From Akkermansiaceae bacterium (lineage in GTDB: Bacteria > Verrucomicrobiota > Verrucomicrobiia > Verrucomicrobiales > Akkermansiaceae), in the NCBI GenBank assembly GCA_051251915.1, contig JBPOGF010000020.1, forward strand, positions 34,165 to 98,164: DNA of 64,000 bases. The letters run 5' to 3'. The notes under the pieces are model-generated. The model made no database searches, was not told the origin of the DNA, and saw only the letters and a list, made by a program, of their open reading frames with translations. The position numbers were made by a program, and so were the translations under genes. Of this stretch, positions 59,286 through 64,000 are shown piece after piece (within the stretch, counting starts at the first letter, position 1; the number at the start of each line of letters is the position of its first letter).

Positions 59286-61841
59286 TCAAGGTTTCAGGAT
59301 GAAATCACTAACCTTTTGCACCTGGCATTCCTTATTGAGTTCTAGAACCCCTAATAAACTTTCATTAAATCCACGGTGGCTCTGTGGTGCAAAGTGGAGA
59401 TTGCCGAGCGAATAGATAATTCTTTTACCTCGATAAGTTTCAGAGTGTTGCTTTCTGTGAGGATGTGATCCGGCAATAAAATCCACTCCGTTATTGATCA
59501 GCCATTTGGCTGCTTCGTGCTGTTCATCGCTCACCTTGGTTGTGTATTCATCACCCCAGTGCGGCAAGCCAATAATCGTTTTTACTCCCCTTTTGCGCGC
59601 CTCACCGATGCTTTCTAATAGAGACTTCTTGTGAAGAGGGTAAGTCGCTAGCCCTATCGTTCCATCAGTAGCAGGCAAGACATCCGACTCTATTAAATTC
59701 ATCGCTATAAAACCGACTTTCACACAACCTACATCGATCACCTTTACCGCCGTAGCTTGTTTAAGTGTTCCCGCACCAACATAGGCGACCCCTTGCTTTG
59801 TGAGATAATCCATCGTGTCCCTCAAGCCTTGCTCCCCACCATCACCAGCGTGGTTATTTGCGAGTGACAACAAAGAAAAGTGCTTGAGCGATCCAGCTTT
59901 TTTATCAGACACAATATAGTTAAATCTCTTTTTTATCAGAGGCTTGGCTCGATCAGAAATCACGCATTCTAGATTGGCTACTAGATGCTTAGCGTAAAGT
60001 GATGGAATCTTTTCCACAGGGAAAGGTTTAACATCTCCATGCAGACAAATGTCGCCACCTATCGATAAATATTCGACCTCAAAATCATTTTCATGACGCA
60101 TCACAGTGAAAGCTCTACCTTTAGCTAACTCCTCAAGCGTGATCAATTCAGGAAACCCTCCTAAGTGATGTACCACTATATCAGTTTTTTCGACTACCCC
60201 CAGCTCGCCTGTATCTTGGTAAAGCATAGCTACGTGACTTCCTAAGTGAATAACATCTGTTTCTCTCACCGCTCCGGATACAGGCCTTAAAAATTTCTTA
60301 ATTTGCACAGGGTTACACCAAGGAATCTGAACACCAGCTTTACGATATGCATAGACTAGAAAATTAGCACAGTCGTTACCCAACAATGTCTCTGCACCTG
60401 TCTCCCCTGCATGATGCAAACTCCCAATGCCAAACACATACGGTGAGCCAAATTGTTCCTCTAAGTACCCTAACAACCCAAAGCTTTTACTGACCCGGAT
60501 CTCAATTACTTCACTAAAATATGAGCCGTTTTCTGTGACTACCTCTGCTTGAATTTTTACAATACCAACCTCATACTCACTATGGAGAAAATCCCGCCAC
60601 GTCCTACTTGCTAACGCAGAATCCTCGGTCTCCGCTATCAACTCCCGCTGCGATGTAATGTAGGCTGGCGCATCATTTGCAAACCCCTTACCTAAACCAG
60701 CTTGAGGGATAATGTTGTAGTTTTGATGCATTGGCTCATGGAGCCACCATCTTACATGCTTAACATTCTTGGCTGGATGCCTAATCCAGATATCCTCTAA
60801 CATACCATCCTTGTTGTGCCGTATTCTCCACACACCATCAATCGATACCTGCGTATTACGGAATTCTAACACGATGTCTTCTCGCCCTTTATCCCAATCC
60901 CTCAACTGCGCCTCCCAAGCCAGTGGATTATGTAAAACACTAATCTGGGATTGTTTCCGGACAAGTAGTTGCCTAAGTTCATGGGCAGTATCTTCAAGTT
61001 TGAAGCGCGGTGGTGGCTTGCCTTTTCGGTAATACATCTTAGCCATTTCGGAGCGGTCATCCAAATCAGTCAGATAAGGTTCGTATTGGATCTGGCTAGT
61101 CTCTATCGCTAAAGCACACTCAAATGCAGTGTGCAGTAGTTCGGAAGCTATCTGTTTATCTTTCTGCCATGGCATTGAAAGCGCAAAACTTACTGCCCTC
61201 AAACGCTCCCACTTCAACACATCGTTCCACTTTGTTCTTAGGTTCTCTATTGGCTTCGCTATGTCTACAAAGTAGTCCAGATCAATACTAACGATAACCT
61301 CGCCTAAAGATTCGCTATCATAGCCTCGTTTAAACCTCTGCCAATCTGTGACGATGTAGCTCTCGGCTAATAAACCCGCCTCACGCTTCGTAGCTTGGTA
61401 ATGAAAATCAAGATGATTGCGAGCCTCCTTTTGTTTCTCAGAGATCTCTTTGTCTGTGAGCGACTCGCCAGCTATCCAGATCACCCTTGAAATAGGCCTC
61501 GGCATCAGTGGTTCTATCCAGTTGAATGGCTGAATCACTCCTTTTTGGCGCAACATATCGATGTTCCTTTGTCTTTCATCCTCGCTAGTAACTCTGCGTA
61601 AAGAAGCGCGCAAATGATCACTGCTAGGGATTCCAGAAGCATCCGAATGAGCATCGATCAGAACAAGTGTGTATGATTTCTCTAGATCAAGCTGTCGCCC
61701 AAAAAAACCAAAACTACCCGCATGGCTATCCTCAATATAGATCGGCAGTTTATTAGCATGGCTATAGCCTAAGCAGAGCGAGAAGACTAGAAGCATCAAG
61801 CTTAACCGAGCTTTCATAAGTATTGATTCCTCAGAATACAC
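59286..61841 (-). CDS. Exported multidomain protein: UPF0489/arginase-like + NlpC/P60-like + CapA (PGA_cap) metallophosphatase
   Basis: Signal peptide (SHA-N). EDSH, IDAHSD, FNWI and SIDLDYF in the N-terminal domain; FGSPYVFG..DCANF..HVAM..HH in the middle; GGD, NLE, LANNH, HWG.EY, GSHPH and YSLGN at the C-terminus. Confidence 0.8.
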   Translation of the reverse strand: MYSEESILMKARLSLMLLVFSLCLGYSHANKLPIYIEDSHAGSFGFFGRQLDLEKSYTLVLIDAHSDASGIPSSDHLRASLRRVTSEDERQRNIDMLRQKGVIQPFNWIEPLMPRPISRVIWIAGESLTDKEISEKQKEARNHLDFHYQATKREAGLLAESYIVTDWQRFKRGYDSESLGEVIVSIDLDYFVDIAKPIENLRTKWNDVLKWERLRAVSFALSMPWQKDKQIASELLHTAFECALAIETSQIQYEPYLTDLDDRSEMAKMYYRKGKPPPRFKLEDTAHELRQLLVRKQSQISVLHNPLAWEAQLRDWDKGREDIVLEFRNTQVSIDGVWRIRHNKDGMLEDIWIRHPAKNVKHVRWWLHEPMHQNYNIIPQAGLGKGFANDAPAYITSQRELIAETEDSALASRTWRDFLHSEYEVGIVKIQAEVVTENGSYFSEVIEIRVSKSFGLLGYLEEQFGSPYVFGIGSLHHAGETGAETLLGNDCANFLVYAYRKAGVQIPWCNPVQIKKFLRPVSGAVRETDVIHLGSHVAMLYQDTGELGVVEKTDIVVHHLGGFPELITLEELAKGRAFTVMRHENDFEVEYLSIGGDICLHGDVKPFPVEKIPSLYAKHLVANLECVISDRAKPLIKKRFNYIVSDKKAGSLKHFSLLSLANNHAGDGGEQGLRDTMDYLTKQGVAYVGAGTLKQATAVKVIDVGCVKVGFIAMNLIESDVLPATDGTIGLATYPLHKKSLLESIGEARKRGVKTIIGLPHWGDEYTTKVSDEQHEAAKWLINNGVDFIAGSHPHRKQHSETYRGKRIIYSLGNLHFAPQSHRGFNESLLGVLELNKECQVQKVSDFILKP

Positions 61842-61920
61842 ATCATTATTATTAGTGGCTACGTCATGCCAGCAGAATTCATCTCGCCAACTAAGCTACA
61901 CAACCATTAAACGTCCAGAA

Positions 61921-63291
61921 TTAGCGAGCCCCATAGGTTTTAGGTTTACTTTTCATTGCTTCCACAAGGCTAAACGAGGTAAGGCAAGTATCCTGATATT
62001 GGCTACCTGAGTAGACCGCCTTGATCGTTACTTTCAGAGAGCTAATTGGTTCCTTATAGTCTAAAAAATATAATATCTCATCGGTCGAATCAGGAAGATC
62101 CAACAGACGTTGTACCTTGCCATTTATCATGACCTCAATCTGTTTGACTCTGCCATTTGCCGCAAATAATTTCTCACTCTTATGATGACCGTTCTTGATA
62201 CTGATGGCAGCCAAAACAGTAGCTTCATCTAGTTTAAAACTAAGAAATTCTCCAATACCATCTCCTTTCACTCCTTCACTCCACACATCGTTCCATAGAC
62301 TCTTTAGGTTACCAGCACCATAGTGGATCCCCTTTTCATCTGGAAGTGTACTCGATGCCGTGACTGAATATTTGATATGCTTCAAGAACCATTGGTCATC
62401 GCGTAAAAGATAGCTATGAATCCTAGCCCTCTCCTTCGCATCTTCACTATAAAACGCATACTCACTTTCCTGAGTAATTGCTTGAACAATGATGTCATCA
62501 TCTAAAGTAGGCTCAAGGTTTTCGAACTCCCATGTGAAAGTTTTACCTGTTTTCTTAAAGCGATTCACCGGCCTCACAACCCGCACACCATCAGCTATTA
62601 GCTTATCGGTGTAAGTAACCGTTACCTTACCCTTTTTGATTGTTCCGTTCCAAACTCCACCAGTGGACAGTCGATACCTAAACAACCACGGACCTGCTGA
62701 AAAATCATCACTAATACTGTAGTTTTCCTCGTCATACTGCGACTCATACATAATCTCTAAAATAATAGTTTCAGCAGGATCCAACTTCATATCAGACACC
62801 TGCCAACCCTTGATTTTAGCAAGTACCTCACTACCAGCAAACGGTTTCAAGTTCCTATCTCCATCTGCTCCAAACGGTTCATGGAAATAGGTATGCTTGA
62901 GCTCTTTGCCATTTAGTAACACACGATAATTCTTAGTATACGCAGGCGGCTTAGAAGCAGATTTCTTCTCGGGAGGAGCATAGTCCCATCTATCTACCAC
63001 ATCCTCAACAGGAAATCCAAACTTCACATTAGCAATCTTGTTCGTGACATTTTTCATCTGGTATCTCACAGAAACCTTTGCCGTTTTAAGGTCTAATACG
63101 ATATCGAGCTCCTCATCAAGTATCTGCACTTGCTCTGTACCCTCCGTAGTGAATGGAGCTATACCGCCAGTAAACTCAGCACCATGATGATATCCACCCC
63201 CGTTGGCACTAGCTACCCCCACTACACTTGGAATGAGAATAACCCACAACAGTAAAGAGAAGCACAAACTTATTGAAAAACATTGTTTCAT
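61921..63291 (-). CDS. Exported DUF4424-like protein with a C-terminal discoidin/galactose-binding-like domain
   Basis: Signal peptide ASA-N; EELDI..VSVRY...FGFP, YRLSTGGVWNGTI; C-terminal ASSTL...WSEGVKGDGIGE...NG....NGRVK...DTCLT. Confidence 0.7.
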   Translation of the reverse strand: MKQCFSISLCFSLLLWVILIPSVVGVASANGGGYHHGAEFTGGIAPFTTEGTEQVQILDEELDIVLDLKTAKVSVRYQMKNVTNKIANVKFGFPVEDVVDRWDYAPPEKKSASKPPAYTKNYRVLLNGKELKHTYFHEPFGADGDRNLKPFAGSEVLAKIKGWQVSDMKLDPAETIILEIMYESQYDEENYSISDDFSAGPWLFRYRLSTGGVWNGTIKKGKVTVTYTDKLIADGVRVVRPVNRFKKTGKTFTWEFENLEPTLDDDIIVQAITQESEYAFYSEDAKERARIHSYLLRDDQWFLKHIKYSVTASSTLPDEKGIHYGAGNLKSLWNDVWSEGVKGDGIGEFLSFKLDEATVLAAISIKNGHHKSEKLFAANGRVKQIEVMINGKVQRLLDLPDSTDEILYFLDYKEPISSLKVTIKAVYSGSQYQDTCLTSFSLVEAMKSKPKTYGAR

Positions 63292-63384
63292 ATTATTAAG
63301 CTAATGAGTTTGAGATTAATGTCAATCCCAAGACCCAAGACGTGAGTTCAGGATTTTTCAAAGCTTAATGTATTTTAAGTAGAA

Positions 63385-63505
63385 ATTTTGCGTAGGGTGT
63401 GAGGATTTTTGTTTTCTGTCAAAGCGCAGCGATGAAGCAAATAACCATCTACTACTGAGAAAAAACGCAGTAAGTAAACAAAAAGAATCACACATAGATC
63501 AAAAT
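63385..63505. repeat. ~120-bp palindromic intergenic element (same family as 35857)
   Basis: ATTTTG..GTGTGA..ATTTTTGTTT ... AAACAAAAAG..TCACAC..CAAAAT inverted ends. Confidence 0.6.
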
Positions 63506-63929
63506 CAGTTCTGCTGCTAATTCATAGCATCTTTAGCCCCTCTTCCAAAAGTTCGGTCGGTTAGATTCGGCAAAAGAATTTCCTAGAACAAGGCGCTATA
63601 AGACCGTGATGCGGGCATCTCAGTCGAAGAGCATCCCAGAGATCAGAAACCCTTATCCTAACCTAGGCGAACAGACTCATAGAAATGTCCACCTCCCGCA
63701 AAAACTTACCTCTAACAAAGTCCACTGGTGTTAGATCCTTACATTCTCAACACGAAAATTCCATATGAGCACAGTAACATACAAAAGCTCCCCCCCTTGT
63801 GCCCCCCACCCAAACCATCTGTTCTCTATAGCAGAACTTTATCCTTCATCATTCTAGGCTTCATAATGCTAGCCCCGATCACTGCTCCCCGATCACCGCT
63901 AACTGGGCTTTTTTGTGAGCCTAGCGAAC

Positions 63930-64000
63930 ATCGAGTAGGGAGCGGGGTCACCCCCTAACTCCCTCTCACACCACCTGCCATACGGTTCCGTAGCAAGGCG
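63930..64000 (-). mobile_element. Group II intron (class IIC) 3' end: domains V and VI, continuing beyond the window
   Basis: Minus strand CGCCTTGC-TACG-GAAC-CGTA-TG-GCAGGTGGT gives DV with a CGC triad and GAAC loop. GAGAGGGAG...CTCCCT-A-CTC gives DVI with a bulged A, ending CTACTCGAT (AY). Confidence 0.9.

Noticed and set aside
63915..63930. Integron attC site at the intron junction
   Set aside because: GCGAAC only loosely fits RYYYAAC, the junction does not match the usual IIC-attC target, and the other half lies outside the window.
63728..63958. 76-aa ORF
   Set aside because: GTG start, no recognisable features, and it runs into intron domain VI.

Overview
This is a bacterial chromosomal window, most likely Verrucomicrobiota (Verrucomicrobiales/Rubritalea-like). 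That assignment is inferred from the large PilX-like protein, the HprK-HPr-EI cluster and lineage-typical hypothetical proteins. Most of the window is housekeeping: tyrA-aroA-cmk-plsC, a Fur-family regulator with sufCBD, CBS-PPase with proB, hprK-ptsH-ptsI, bioD, ubiE/menG, an A-type Fe-S carrier, tRNA-Phe(GAA), an aspartate aminotransferase, GT2-LDT-rodA-prmA, and a patatin/CoA-ligase/fadI/fadJ/fadE lipid catabolism operon. Accessory or unusual elements: (1) a lone AT-rich 1512-aa nuclease-STAND ATPase (Avs-like antiphage gene) inserted after sufD; (2) an exported 851-aa triple fusion, UPF0489/arginase-like + NlpC/P60 + CapA metallophosphatase, paired with a DUF4424/discoidin-like protein, which is the best candidate for an undescribed system; (3) an Irr-like regulator with an ICE-like palindrome heading the suf operon; (4) a protein with five Trp-HTH-like repeats and a Cys4 tail upstream of bioD; (5) a gammaproteobacterial-type aroA; (6) a dispersed palindromic repeat family; (7) a doubly frameshifted gene; and (8) the 3' end (domains V/VI) of a group IIC intron at the right edge. 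The + strand is strongly C/A-rich, which produces many spurious antisense ORFs. No CRISPR array or rRNA was seen. All family assignments come from motif recognition by eye; no database search was run.
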